IMG/VR virus record: IMGVR_UViG_3300032236_001771
Location: 36,077 to 100,076 of that record
DNA: 64,000 bases
Strand: one strand, 5' to 3'
DNA from: a virus
The translations under genes were made by a program, and so were the position numbers. Shown in pieces: positions 1 to 9,635 of this stretch. Every line of letters starts with the position of its first letter. The stretch's first letter is position 1. The notes under the pieces were generated by a model. That model was not told the origin of the DNA, did no database searches, and saw only the letters and a list, made by a program, of their open reading frames with translations.

Positions 1-126
1 ACTTATGTTGGTACTGGTGCTTCTTATGGTAAAGTCAGAACTTACGTGGTCCAACCAAATCCTATTACAGCAGGACCCGACGATAACTTTGGATTTAGTG
101 AAACTATAACAGAATACGGACCATAA
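1..126 (+). CDS. 3' end of an upstream ORF (partial, enters window mid-gene)
   Basis: Open frame from base 1 (TYVGTGASYGKV...TEYGP*) with stop TAA at 124-126. It lies just upstream of the terminase genes in a T4-like structural module. No recognisable motif. Confidence 0.45.
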   Translation, partial: TYVGTGASYGKVRTYVVQPNPITAGPDDNFGFSETITEYGP

Positions 127-127
127 A

Positions 128-580
128 ATGAGTAAAATGTTTGACAATTTAAATGAAGTTTTTAACGTTTCTGGAGAAATTATTCCCGCAGAAGAAGTTG
201 AAATAGTAAAATCAGAAATTATAAGTGATTCTGATAAAATAGATAACGACTATGAATATGCTAGAACACAATTATATTCATTAATTCAAAAAGGACATGA
301 AGCTATTGATGGTATTTTAAATATAGCAAATGCATCTGAACATCCAAGAGCTTATGAAGTTGCTTTTCAAGGTATGAAAAATCTTGCAGACATAAATGAT
401 AAATTTATGGAATTGCATAAGAAAAGAAAAGAAATTTCTCAAGAATCTAAATCATCACCAACTACAGTAAACAATGCTTTATTTGTAGGGACTTCTGCTG
501 AATTACAACAATTTTTAAAACAAAGTACCATAAATAATACCGAGAATAAAAAATCAAATGGAAGCAGTAAAAAAACTTGA
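128..580 (+). CDS. gp16: Terminase small subunit (T4 gp16-like)
   Basis: 150 aa, a size and position typical of gp16 at the head of the gp16-gp23 block. The assignment rests on synteny, not on a motif. Confidence 0.55.
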   Translation: MSKMFDNLNEVFNVSGEIIPAEEVEIVKSEIISDSDKIDNDYEYARTQLYSLIQKGHEAIDGILNIANASEHPRAYEVAFQGMKNLADINDKFMELHKKRKEISQESKSSPTTVNNALFVGTSAELQQFLKQSTINNTENKKSNGSSKKT

Positions 581-1097
581 GGATAGTTTAAAAAATCTCA
601 AGTCTTATGATTATAAATCCATAGATACTTTGATGAAAAATATTGGTAAACAATATAATGTAAATATGAAAGATTTACATAATTCTTTTGTTGATAAACA
701 CGGAGAAAGTCCAGATAGTTGGATAAAAAGAAAAATGGGAAAAGATATTAAAAAAACAACAAAATGTGGATGTTCTGAGGGATTAATGACTTTTAAAGAA
801 TTTGCAGAAATTTTAAATGAAAAATCTCCTGCTTGGCAGAGAAAAGCTGGGAAAAATCCTGAAGGTGGATTAAATAAAAAAGGAATTTCTTCTTATCGTA
901 AAGAACATCCTGGATCACATCTTTCTATGGCTGTTACAACAAAACCATCAAAATTAAAACCGGGATCTAAATCTGCAAATCGTAGAAAATCATTTTGCTC
1001 CAGGATGAAAGGTATGAAAGCAAAATTAACTAGTGCAAAAACTGCACATGATCCTAATTCCAGAATTAACAAATCATTAAGAAAGTGGAATTGTTAA
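558..1097 (+). CDS. Hypothetical protein with basic Cys-containing C-terminal motif
   Basis: 179 aa, overlapping the gp16 end. The C-terminus RRKSFCSRMKGMKAKLTSAKTAHDPNSRINKSLRKWNC resembles a motif I recall from marine phage proteins of unknown function. Confidence 0.5.
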   Translation: MEAVKKLEDSLKNLKSYDYKSIDTLMKNIGKQYNVNMKDLHNSFVDKHGESPDSWIKRKMGKDIKKTTKCGCSEGLMTFKEFAEILNEKSPAWQRKAGKNPEGGLNKKGISSYRKEHPGSHLSMAVTTKPSKLKPGSKSANRRKSFCSRMKGMKAKLTSAKTAHDPNSRINKSLRKWNC

Positions 1098-1098
1098 T

Positions 1099-1500
1099 AT
1101 GATGACATTAAAAGAATTTAAACATGTAGTTAGTGAAAAAGAATTTGAATCAATTCTTAAAAAATTTATTCCTTTTTGTCAAAAAGAACTTAATATAAAA
1201 CAAAAACCAAAAATAACTTTTATTAGTCCAAATGTAGCTAGAGAAAAAGGCACTTTTGGAGTATATAAAAAAGGAGAAATTCAAATTGATATTGAAGGAA
1301 GACATCCAGTAGATGTTTTAAGAACGGTTGCTCATGAAATGACTCATTTTGCACAACACTTAAAACATGAAAAAGATCCTAACCGAGGAGAAACTGGAAG
1401 TAAAACAGAAAACGAATCTCAAGCAATTGCTGGAATTATAATGCGTAATTTTGATGTCAGTTATCCAAAATTGTTTAAATTATCTCATATAAAAGATTAA
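1099..1500 (+). CDS. Hypothetical protein with HExxH motif (possible Zn-metallopeptidase)
   Basis: 133 aa. Contains VAHEMTHFAQH (HExxH). Tightly coupled to its neighbours (TAATATG upstream, TAATG downstream). Confidence 0.45.
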   Translation: MMTLKEFKHVVSEKEFESILKKFIPFCQKELNIKQKPKITFISPNVAREKGTFGVYKKGEIQIDIEGRHPVDVLRTVAHEMTHFAQHLKHEKDPNRGETGSKTENESQAIAGIIMRNFDVSYPKLFKLSHIKD

Positions 1501-3149
1501 TGGCATTTGAAAAAATATATAAGGGCAATCCTAATCTTAAAGCTCAGAATGTTCAAATACAATTTACTTCTGAACAAATACATGAGTATCTTAAGTGTAA
1601 AAAAGATCCAGTATACTTTGCTTTAAATTATATAAAAATTGTATCTCTTGATGAGGGATTAGTTCCTTTTAAGATGTATAATTTTCAAAAAAAATTATTA
1701 AAAAATTTTCATAATCATAGATTTAATATTGCTAAAATGCCTAGGCAAACAGGCAAAAGCACAACAGTAGTTTCTTATCTGTTACATTATGCTTTGTTTA
1801 ATGATAATGTAAAGATTGCTATTCTTGCTAACAAAGCAGAAACTGCTAGAGAATTACTTTCTAGATTACAATTAGCGTATGAAAATTTACCAAAATGGTT
1901 ACAGCAAGGAGTTGGTTCTTGGAATAAAGGATCTGTTGAAATAGAAAATGGTTCTAAAATTATTGCAGCAAGTACTTCATCATCTGCTGTTCGTGGTAAT
2001 TCATTTAACATTATTTTTTTAGACGAATTTGCTTTTATTCCAAATCATATTGCTGAGCAATTTTTTAGTTCAGTATATCCTACAATTTCTTCAGGTAAAA
2101 CTACAAAGGTTATTATTATTTCAACCCCAAACGGGATGAATATGTTTTATAAACTTTGGCATGATGCTGAAAGGCAAAAAAATGGTTACATTCCATTAGA
2201 AGTACATTGGAGTGAAGTACCAGGAAGGGATGAAAAATGGAAAAAACAAACAATTGCCAATACATCAGAAAGACAATTTACTCAAGAATTTGAATGTGCA
2301 TTTTTAGGTTCAGTTGATACTTTAATTACTCCAGCAAAATTAAGATTAATGGTTTATGATGATCCATTAACCAGAAATGCAGGATTAGATGTTTATGAAG
2401 AGCCAGAAAAAAATAAAGATTATATGATTACTGTTGATGTTTCAAGAGGAACAAATAATGATTATTCTGCATTTGTTGTTTTTGATATTACAACTGTTCC
2501 ATATAAAATTGTAGCAAAATATAGAAGTAATGAGATTAAACCAATGCTTTTTCCAAGCATTATTGAAAAAATAGCAAAGTCATATAATAAAGCGTATGTT
2601 TTGATTGAAGTAAATGATATTGGAGAACAAATTGGAAGTATTCTTCATTATGATTTAGAATATGATCATTTACTAATGTGTTCTATGAACGGTAGAGCTG
2701 GACAACTTGTTGGTCATGGTTTTTCTGGAAAAAGAGCACAACTTGGTGTTAAAATGTCTAAAACTGTAAAAAAAATTGGATGTTCTAATCTTAAAACATT
2801 AATTGAAGATGATAAGTTAGTTGTAAGTGATTATGAAATTATTAGCGAATTAACTACTTTTATTCAACGTAATAATTCTTTTGAAGCAGAAGATGGATGT
2901 AATGATGATTTAGCTATGTGTTTAGTTATATTTTCTTGGTTAGTTGCACAACCCTATTTTAGGGAAATGACTGATCAAGATATTAGAAAAAGAATTTATG
3001 ATGATCAAGCAGATCAAATTGAAGCAGATATGGCTCCATTCGGATTTATTAATGATGGATTAAATGATGATACATTTGTTGATGTTGATGGTGATGTTTG
3101 GCATTTAGATGAATATGGTGACAGAGCATTCATGTGGGAATATAGATAA
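1500..3149 (+). CDS. gp17: Terminase large subunit (T4 gp17-like)
   Basis: 549 aa. Walker A-like MPRQTGKST, Walker B-like IIFLDEFAF, and a C-terminal nuclease-like region (DGCNDDLAM). Canonical position before the tail sheath gene. Confidence 0.9.
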   Translation: MAFEKIYKGNPNLKAQNVQIQFTSEQIHEYLKCKKDPVYFALNYIKIVSLDEGLVPFKMYNFQKKLLKNFHNHRFNIAKMPRQTGKSTTVVSYLLHYALFNDNVKIAILANKAETARELLSRLQLAYENLPKWLQQGVGSWNKGSVEIENGSKIIAASTSSSAVRGNSFNIIFLDEFAFIPNHIAEQFFSSVYPTISSGKTTKVIIISTPNGMNMFYKLWHDAERQKNGYIPLEVHWSEVPGRDEKWKKQTIANTSERQFTQEFECAFLGSVDTLITPAKLRLMVYDDPLTRNAGLDVYEEPEKNKDYMITVDVSRGTNNDYSAFVVFDITTVPYKIVAKYRSNEIKPMLFPSIIEKIAKSYNKAYVLIEVNDIGEQIGSILHYDLEYDHLLMCSMNGRAGQLVGHGFSGKRAQLGVKMSKTVKKIGCSNLKTLIEDDKLVVSDYEIISELTTFIQRNNSFEAEDGCNDDLAMCLVIFSWLVAQPYFREMTDQDIRKRIYDDQADQIEADMAPFGFINDGLNDDTFVDVDGDVWHLDEYGDRAFMWEYR

Positions 3150-3162
3150 AGAATTTCTTTTT

Positions 3163-3170
3163 TATAAATA
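3163..3170 (+). promoter_or_regulatory. T4-type late promoter TATAAATA upstream of gp18
   Basis: Exact TATAAATA about 43 nt upstream of the gp18 ATG. A gp55 late sigma is encoded in this window. Confidence 0.5.
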
Positions 3171-3212
3171 TTTTTAGAATATCCAAATGAATCTTTTATT
3201 AGGAGATAGCAC

Positions 3213-5249
3213 ATGCCATCATTAGTCTCGCCAGGGATTCTTATCCAAGAGAGAGACCTTTCGGCTCCACAAGTTGCACCATCTTTGCAGAATGTTGCTG
3301 CACTTGTAGGTCCATTTTCAACGGGTCCTGTAGATACAATTACTTCAATTACTTCGGAAGCTAGTTTAGTTGCAACATTTGGAAAACCAAATGATAACAA
3401 TTATGAAACTTGGTTGACAGCTTCTTCTTATTTGGCTTATGGTGGTACACTTGCTGTTGTCAGACCAAGTGCTGGAACAGGTGCTTCTGCTATTATTAAT
3501 GGTGTAACAACAACAGCTATAATTTCAACTGGAACTACAACTATTTCTGCAAGCCCAGTTTTAATTAAAAATCAATCAATTTATGAAAATGTATATCGTA
3601 ATGCAACTAATTCTTGGCATTTTGCAGCTAGATATGCTGGAGATTTAGGAAATAGTGTTGGGGTTTCTATCATTGATAGAGGTGCTGATCAAGTTCTTCA
3701 GATTGGTAGTGGATTTACTGGTACTTTTACTGCAGGTTCTGTTGTTGGAACTGGAGGAACTGGTAGTTTTGCTACTGGTGTTGTATATTCGTATGATGCT
3801 ACAAATAAAATTGTGTCGGTATTTTCAACTGGAAATACTTTATTTGCTGTCGGTGATACTGTTGGTACAGGAGCCACGGTTTCTTCTGCTTCTGATTGGT
3901 ATAGCTCTTCTACTAATTATGCTATCCCACCAACAACTAAAGGAGATGGTACAGTAGTTGCTGGAACAAGTTGGTCTTCTATTGCTAAAAGACCATCAAG
4001 TTCAATATATGCTAATCAACGTGGTGGTAAAAACGATGAAATGCATGTTGTTGTATATGATTCTGACGGTAAAATTTCTGGTACTGCTGGAACTATTTTA
4101 GAGAAATTTATTGGTGTTTCTAAAGCTTATGATTGTAAATTACAAGAAGGTGATTTAAATTATATTGCAGATGTCACTACAAACAAATCTGCATTTGTAT
4201 ATTGGGGATCTCATATGCAAAATGGATTTAATGGAACTACTTATGCAGTTAAAACTTCAACCAATTTAGGTGCGGGTTCAACTTCAACTTTTGATATTAT
4301 TGGTAATGTTCAATATGATCTTTCTGGAGGAATTGATACTCAAACTCCAACTGTAGGTGAAATTAATAGTGGATATAGTTTATTTACTAGTGTTGAAAAT
4401 GTATCAATTGATTATATTTTAAATGCTGCAAGTTTTGGAACACAATCAGATACTGTAGCAAAGGCATCTAATATTATGTCTATTGCTGAAACAAGAAAAG
4501 ATTGTATTGCTTTTATTTCACCTTGGAAAGGTGGTGTTGTTGGAATCAGCTCTTCTGATACTATAACATCAAATATTATATCATTCTTCAATCAACTTGC
4601 TAGTTCTTCATATGCTGTATTTGATGGTGGTATCAAATACATGTACGATAGATATAATGACAAATATCGTTATATTCCTTGTAATGGTGATGTTGCTGGT
4701 TTATTAGCTAGTGCTTCAATTAACCAACAACCTTGGTTCTCTCCTGCTGGGTATAGTAGAGGTCAAATTAAAAATGTTGTAAAACTTACGTATACTCCAA
4801 CAAAAGCACAAAGAGATATTCTTTATACTTCTAGAGTAAATCCAATTACTTCATTCCCTGGTCAAGGAATTGTATTATTTGGTGATAAAACAGCACTCTC
4901 TAGTCCAAGTGCTTTTGATAGAATTAATGTTCGTAAATTGTTCCTTGTTCTTGAAAAAACTATTCAACAAGCCGCAAGTCAACAATTATTTGAATTTAAT
5001 GATGATTTTACTAGAAGTGCATTTAGGGGAGTTGTTGAACCATATCTCCGTGATGTACAATCAAAAAGAGGTCTTTATGATTTCTTAGTTGTTTGTGATA
5101 CAACTAATAATACCCCAGATGTAATTGATAGAAATGAATTCCGTGCAGATATTTATCTAAAACCAACTCGTTCTATCAACTATATTTACTTGACATTTGT
5201 TGCTACCCGTACTGGGGTTAGCTTTCAGCAAGTTGTAGGAACAGTTTAA
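3213..5249 (+). CDS. gp18: Contractile tail sheath protein (T4 gp18-like)
   Basis: 678 aa. Starts MPSLVSPGILIQERDLS, has a conserved C-terminal region (RINPITSFPGQGIVLFGDKT), and lies between gp17 and gp19. Confidence 0.85.
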   Translation: MPSLVSPGILIQERDLSAPQVAPSLQNVAALVGPFSTGPVDTITSITSEASLVATFGKPNDNNYETWLTASSYLAYGGTLAVVRPSAGTGASAIINGVTTTAIISTGTTTISASPVLIKNQSIYENVYRNATNSWHFAARYAGDLGNSVGVSIIDRGADQVLQIGSGFTGTFTAGSVVGTGGTGSFATGVVYSYDATNKIVSVFSTGNTLFAVGDTVGTGATVSSASDWYSSSTNYAIPPTTKGDGTVVAGTSWSSIAKRPSSSIYANQRGGKNDEMHVVVYDSDGKISGTAGTILEKFIGVSKAYDCKLQEGDLNYIADVTTNKSAFVYWGSHMQNGFNGTTYAVKTSTNLGAGSTSTFDIIGNVQYDLSGGIDTQTPTVGEINSGYSLFTSVENVSIDYILNAASFGTQSDTVAKASNIMSIAETRKDCIAFISPWKGGVVGISSSDTITSNIISFFNQLASSSYAVFDGGIKYMYDRYNDKYRYIPCNGDVAGLLASASINQQPWFSPAGYSRGQIKNVVKLTYTPTKAQRDILYTSRVNPITSFPGQGIVLFGDKTALSSPSAFDRINVRKLFLVLEKTIQQAASQQLFEFNDDFTRSAFRGVVEPYLRDVQSKRGLYDFLVVCDTTNNTPDVIDRNEFRADIYLKPTRSINYIYLTFVATRTGVSFQQVVGTV

Positions 5250-5264
5250 ACAGGAGATTAACCA

Positions 5265-5849
5265 ATGGCATTTACAATTAACGATTTTCAGTCAAGAATT
5301 AGTTCTGGAGTAAGACCAAATCTTTTTAGAGTTACCATCAATCCACCAACAGTTTCTGGCGTTACCAAAACTACTCAAAATGATGCACTCACATATCTTT
5401 GTAAATCTGCAGCACTTCCAGCATCCAATATGGGAACTATTGAAGTTCCTTTTAGAGGAAGAAATTTAAAAATTCCTGGAGATAGAACTTTTGCAGCATG
5501 GAGTGCTACATTTTTTAATGATTCAAAATTTGAAGCTAGAACTTTCTTTGAATCTTGGATGAATGTAGTAAATAAAATGGATTCTAATGTTGGACAAACA
5601 GATCCAATTCAAATTTTTACTGATATTACAGTTGATCAATTATCAAAAACAGCTCCAGCTACTGGTGGAACTACTTCCACTAATGATTTACCTGTTATCA
5701 GAACTTATAAATTATTTGGTGCTTGGCCTAGTTCTGTAAGTCAAATTTCTTTAGGATTTGATACAAATAATAGCATTGAAGAATTTACTGTTGATTTTCA
5801 ATATCAATACTTTAATATTACTGGTGGAACTTCTCCAGCTATTAGCTAA
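5265..5849 (+). CDS. gp19: Tail tube protein (T4 gp19-like)
   Basis: 194 aa, immediately after the sheath gene, with RBS AGGAG upstream. Size and synteny match gp19. Confidence 0.75.
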   Translation: MAFTINDFQSRISSGVRPNLFRVTINPPTVSGVTKTTQNDALTYLCKSAALPASNMGTIEVPFRGRNLKIPGDRTFAAWSATFFNDSKFEARTFFESWMNVVNKMDSNVGQTDPIQIFTDITVDQLSKTAPATGGTTSTNDLPVIRTYKLFGAWPSSVSQISLGFDTNNSIEEFTVDFQYQYFNITGGTSPAIS

Positions 5850-5875
5850 ATAGTGTGAGTGCTTAATATATAATA

Positions 5876-7510
5876 ATGGCTGAATTATTTGGATTTTCAA
5901 TAAAAGAAAAAGCAATGAAACCACGCAATGTGGTTTCTCCTGTGCCCCCCAATAATGATGATGGTTCTGCCATTGCCGCTGTTGGGGGTCATTATGGTTA
6001 TTATGTAGATATGGAAGGTCGGACTAAAACCGACTTTGATTTAATTCGTCGTTATAGAGAAATGTCACTTCATCCCGAATGTGATTATATTATTGATGAT
6101 ATTGCAAATGAAGCTATTGTATCCGATCAAGATGATATTCCAGTAGAAATTGAATTATCTAATCTTAAAGTTAGCGAATCTCTTAAGAAAAAAATCAGAG
6201 AAGAATTTCAACAAGTAATTAGACTTTTAGATTTTGAAAATAAAGGACATTCAATATTTCGTCGTTGGTATATTGATGGTAGATTATTTTATCATAAATT
6301 AATTGATTTTAATGATCCATCAAAAGGTATTATTGAATTAAGATATATTGATCCGTTAAAAATTAAAAAAATTACTGAGATTAGAAAATCAGAAAAAGGA
6401 TCAGATTTTTATTCAATTGATTATGGAAAAACAACAGAATATTTTGTTTATAATGCCAAAGGAATAAATCTTAATGATTATACTGGAATAAAAATTGCAC
6501 CTGATGCTATAACATATGTTACTTCTGGAATGACTGATCCCAATAGAAATATTGTATTAAGCTATTTACACAAAGCTATTAAAATTCTTAATCAATTAAG
6601 AATGGTTGAGGATACTCTTGTCATTTATAGAATGGCTCGCGCACCAGAAAGAAGAATTTTTTATATTGACGTAGGTAATCTTCCTAAAGTTAAAGCAGAA
6701 CAATATCTTCGTGAAGTTATGACAAGATATCGTCAGAAATTAGTTTATGATTCAAATACAGGTGAAATTCGTGATGATAGAAAGCATATGAGTATGCTTG
6801 AAGATTTTTGGCTTCCTAGAAGAGAAGGTGGTAGAGGAACTGAAATTACAACTCTTCCTGGCGGACAAAATTTGGGTCAATTAGAAGATGTAAAATATTT
6901 TGAAAAGAAAATGTATGAGGCATTAAATGTGCCTGCATCTAGACTTGAAAAAGAAGGTAGTACCTTTAATTTTGGCACTAATTCTCAAATTCTTCGTGAT
7001 GAACTTAAATTTAGTAGATTTGTTGGAAGATTAAGAAAAAAATTCTCAGAATTGTTTGGAGATTTATTAAAAACACAACTTATTCTTAAAGGAATTGTTA
7101 CCCCAGAAGATTGGGAAACAATGAGAAATCAAATTCAGTATGATTATAAAGAAGATAATCATTATACTGAATTAAAAGATCTTGAAGTTTTAACAAATAG
7201 AATGAACATTTTGGCTCAATTGCAACCATACATTGGATTATATTATTCAAATGAATATATTAGAAGGCAAATTTTAAAACAAACTGATGCCGAAATTTTA
7301 GAAATTCATCAACAAATTGAACAAGAAAGAAAACAAGATTCTATTCCAGATATGACTGAAGCAGATTATTTGTCAGTTATTAATGGATTCCCAACAGCAC
7401 CTATGCCAGAAATGCCAGAAGGAGCTGGAATTCCAATGGGAGGAAATACTCCACAAAAACCAGCAAATTCTCAATCACAATCAAAAACGCAACAAAATAA
7501 AAATAAATAA
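5876..7510 (+). CDS. gp20: Portal vertex protein (T4 gp20-like)
   Basis: 544 aa. Conserved portal core (MARAPERRIFYIDVGNLP, EDFWLPRREGGRGTEI) and a position between gp19 and gp21. Confidence 0.85.
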   Translation: MAELFGFSIKEKAMKPRNVVSPVPPNNDDGSAIAAVGGHYGYYVDMEGRTKTDFDLIRRYREMSLHPECDYIIDDIANEAIVSDQDDIPVEIELSNLKVSESLKKKIREEFQQVIRLLDFENKGHSIFRRWYIDGRLFYHKLIDFNDPSKGIIELRYIDPLKIKKITEIRKSEKGSDFYSIDYGKTTEYFVYNAKGINLNDYTGIKIAPDAITYVTSGMTDPNRNIVLSYLHKAIKILNQLRMVEDTLVIYRMARAPERRIFYIDVGNLPKVKAEQYLREVMTRYRQKLVYDSNTGEIRDDRKHMSMLEDFWLPRREGGRGTEITTLPGGQNLGQLEDVKYFEKKMYEALNVPASRLEKEGSTFNFGTNSQILRDELKFSRFVGRLRKKFSELFGDLLKTQLILKGIVTPEDWETMRNQIQYDYKEDNHYTELKDLEVLTNRMNILAQLQPYIGLYYSNEYIRRQILKQTDAEILEIHQQIEQERKQDSIPDMTEADYLSVINGFPTAPMPEMPEGAGIPMGGNTPQKPANSQSQSKTQQNKNK

Positions 7511-7532
7511 ATAATTAAAAGGGAAAATTATT

Positions 7533-7688
7533 ATGGACACCGAACAAATTGTTTCTTATATTGCTAAAGGCAAAAATGCTCAGGCAGTTGAATTAGTTAA
7601 AGACATTCTGTATACAAAAGCAGGTGAAGCCCTATCCGATTTCAAACAAGAAGTAGGTAACTATTTCTTTAATCAAGAAGAAGAATGA
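7533..7688 (+). CDS. Small ORF (51 aa) in the prohead-core gene position (T4 67/68 slot)
   Basis: Hand-translated: MDTEQIVSYIAKGKNAQAVELVKDILYTKAGEALSDFKQEVGNYFFNQEEE*. Its stop overlaps the gp21 start (ATGA). It falls below the ORF-track size cutoff. Confidence 0.4.
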   Translation: MDTEQIVSYIAKGKNAQAVELVKDILYTKAGEALSDFKQEVGNYFFNQEEE

Positions 7689-8332
7689 AACTCATTACAG
7701 AACACATAGAAGATATTGAAATTCTTACTGAAGCTCGTGCTGATGGTAAGAAAGATCATTATATTAAAGGAATTTTTCTCCAAACAGAACAACAAAATCG
7801 TAATGGAAGATTTTATTCTCTTCCAATAATGGAAAAAGAAGTTAATAGATATAATGATCAATATATTAAACAAGGAAGAGCTGTTGGGGAACTTGGTCAT
7901 CCAGATGGACCAACTGTAAATTTAGATAGAGTTTCTCATCTAATTGTAGAACTTGTTCGGGATGGTAATGATTTTATTGGTAAAGCAAAACTTCTTGATA
8001 CCCCAATGGGGGCGATTGCTAAAAGTCTTTTAAATGATGGAGTTAAACTTGGTGTATCTTCTAGAGGAATTGGTTCTTTAGAAGAAAAAAATGGTATTAA
8101 GTATGTAAAAGATGATTTTATGTTAGCTACTGCAGCAGATATTGTAGCAGATCCATCTGCACCAAATGCTTTTGTTGAAGGTATTATGGAAGGTGTTGAT
8201 TGGATTTGGGATAATGGATTATTAAAAGAAGTGGAAATTCAAAAAATTAAAAATTATATTGATGAATCAACTAAACTTAATATAGAAGAAAGAAAGCTTA
8301 AAGCTTTTGAGTATTTTATAAAGAGTCTTTAA
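7685..8332 (+). CDS. gp21: Prohead core protease (T4 gp21-like)
   Basis: 215 aa. Blocks GIFLQTEQQNRNGRFY, GELGHP, LGVSSRGIGSL and DPSAPNAFV align with T4 gp21 as I recall it. Confidence 0.9.
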   Translation: MKLITEHIEDIEILTEARADGKKDHYIKGIFLQTEQQNRNGRFYSLPIMEKEVNRYNDQYIKQGRAVGELGHPDGPTVNLDRVSHLIVELVRDGNDFIGKAKLLDTPMGAIAKSLLNDGVKLGVSSRGIGSLEEKNGIKYVKDDFMLATAADIVADPSAPNAFVEGIMEGVDWIWDNGLLKEVEIQKIKNYIDESTKLNIEERKLKAFEYFIKSL

Positions 8333-8334
8333 TT

Positions 8335-8342
8335 TATAAATA
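8335..8342 (+). promoter_or_regulatory. T4-type late promoter TATAAATA upstream of gp22
   Basis: Exact TATAAATA 38 nt upstream of the gp22 ATG. Confidence 0.5.
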
Positions 8343-8379
8343 AACATAGAATTAAAAGAAATTTTTTAGGAGTATTTCA

Positions 8380-9579
8380 ATGCCTGGTCTTGAAACTATG
8401 AAGCAGTCAAAAACTCGCGTTAATGCAAGAGCTGCTGCTCCAGAAGCGAGAAAATCAGTACCAACATCAACTGTTCCTGGTCAAGGAATTGATGATTTAG
8501 GTGGCCCACATATGACTGATTATAAGCCTACTGATGAATCTGGTAAGCTTGATGCTGGTAAAGGAGCAAAAAAATCTTCAACCAAAGTAAATTCAAAAGC
8601 TAAAGCTGCTGAAATTGGTCATGCTCTTTCTAAAGGCATTGTTTGGGGTGAAGATGTAGAACTTGATGACGCAGATGAATTAGAAGAAGCTAAACTTTCT
8701 TCCAAAAAAGTAGTCTGGGAAGAATCAGAGGAAGAAGAAGAGGAAGAAGACGGCAAGAAAAAGAAAAAGTCTTCTGAGGAAGAAGAAGAGGAGGAAGAGG
8801 AAGAAGAAGAGGAAGAAGAAGATGGTCGTAAAATGGCCAAAAAAGCTTCCAAAAAAATGAAGGAAGGATTTGATTTTGATGTCAACGAAGATGTCAATGC
8901 TCTTGTTAGCGGTGAAGATCTTTCTGAAGATTTCCGCAATAAGGCTCAAATCATTTTTGAATCTGCCGTTCGTAGCAAATTGGCTGAGCAAGTTCAAGTA
9001 TTTGAAGAGGCATATGCTGAAGTAATTGCTGAAGAAATTCGTGATTACAAAGCCAACCTTTCTGAAAAGGTTGAATCTTTCTTGAACTATGTTTGCGAAG
9101 AATGGTTAACACAAAACGAGCTTGCCATTGAATCCGGTCTGAAACTTGAAATTGCAGAAGATTTCATGGCCGGTATCAAGAGTGTTTTTGATGAAAACTA
9201 TATTCAAATGCCTGATGAAAAGGCAAACATTCTTGAAGAAATGGCCACAAAATTAGATGAAATGGAGTTTAAGCTCAATGAGCAAATTGAGAAAAACATT
9301 GACCTGAATACACAGATTGAACTCTTTGCGAAAGAGTCATTAATCAATGAAGTATCTTCAGGTTTGGCTGATTCTCAAAAAGAAAAATTTATTTCTTTAG
9401 CTGAGTCAATTGAGTTTGAAAGTGATGAACAATTTGTAGAAAAACTTGAGACTATTAAGGAAAGTTATTTCCCTCACAATCAAGTTCGTCTTGTAGAGGA
9501 TAATTTTTCAAGCAGTCATCAAGATTTGAATGATAGTATGAGTTCTTATGTTCAAGCGATCTCACGCTGGTCTAAATAA
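8380..9579 (+). CDS. gp22: Prohead scaffold/core protein (T4 gp22-like) with long poly-Glu tract
   Basis: 399 aa between gp21 and gp23. Acidic and coiled-coil-like, with an EEEEEE...EEEEEEEEEEEEEEED run encoded at about 8720-8820. Confidence 0.65.
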   Translation: MPGLETMKQSKTRVNARAAAPEARKSVPTSTVPGQGIDDLGGPHMTDYKPTDESGKLDAGKGAKKSSTKVNSKAKAAEIGHALSKGIVWGEDVELDDADELEEAKLSSKKVVWEESEEEEEEEDGKKKKKSSEEEEEEEEEEEEEEEDGRKMAKKASKKMKEGFDFDVNEDVNALVSGEDLSEDFRNKAQIIFESAVRSKLAEQVQVFEEAYAEVIAEEIRDYKANLSEKVESFLNYVCEEWLTQNELAIESGLKLEIAEDFMAGIKSVFDENYIQMPDEKANILEEMATKLDEMEFKLNEQIEKNIDLNTQIELFAKESLINEVSSGLADSQKEKFISLAESIEFESDEQFVEKLETIKESYFPHNQVRLVEDNFSSSHQDLNDSMSSYVQAISRWSK

Positions 9580-9587
9580 GAATATTT

Positions 9588-9595
9588 TATAAATA
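9588..9595 (+). promoter_or_regulatory. T4-type late promoter TATAAATA upstream of gp23
   Basis: Exact TATAAATA 41 nt upstream of the gp23 ATG, followed by RBS AAAGGAG. Confidence 0.55.
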
Positions 9596-9635
9596 AAAAT
9601 AACCCATTAACAAATTACAAAGGAGTAAATAGCAA

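Noticed and set aside
8619-8997. Two minus-strand ORFs (poly-Ser and poly-Phe/Leu) inside gp22
   Set aside because: They are mirror images of the GAA/GAG poly-Glu tract of the scaffold gene. This is a pure low-complexity artefact.
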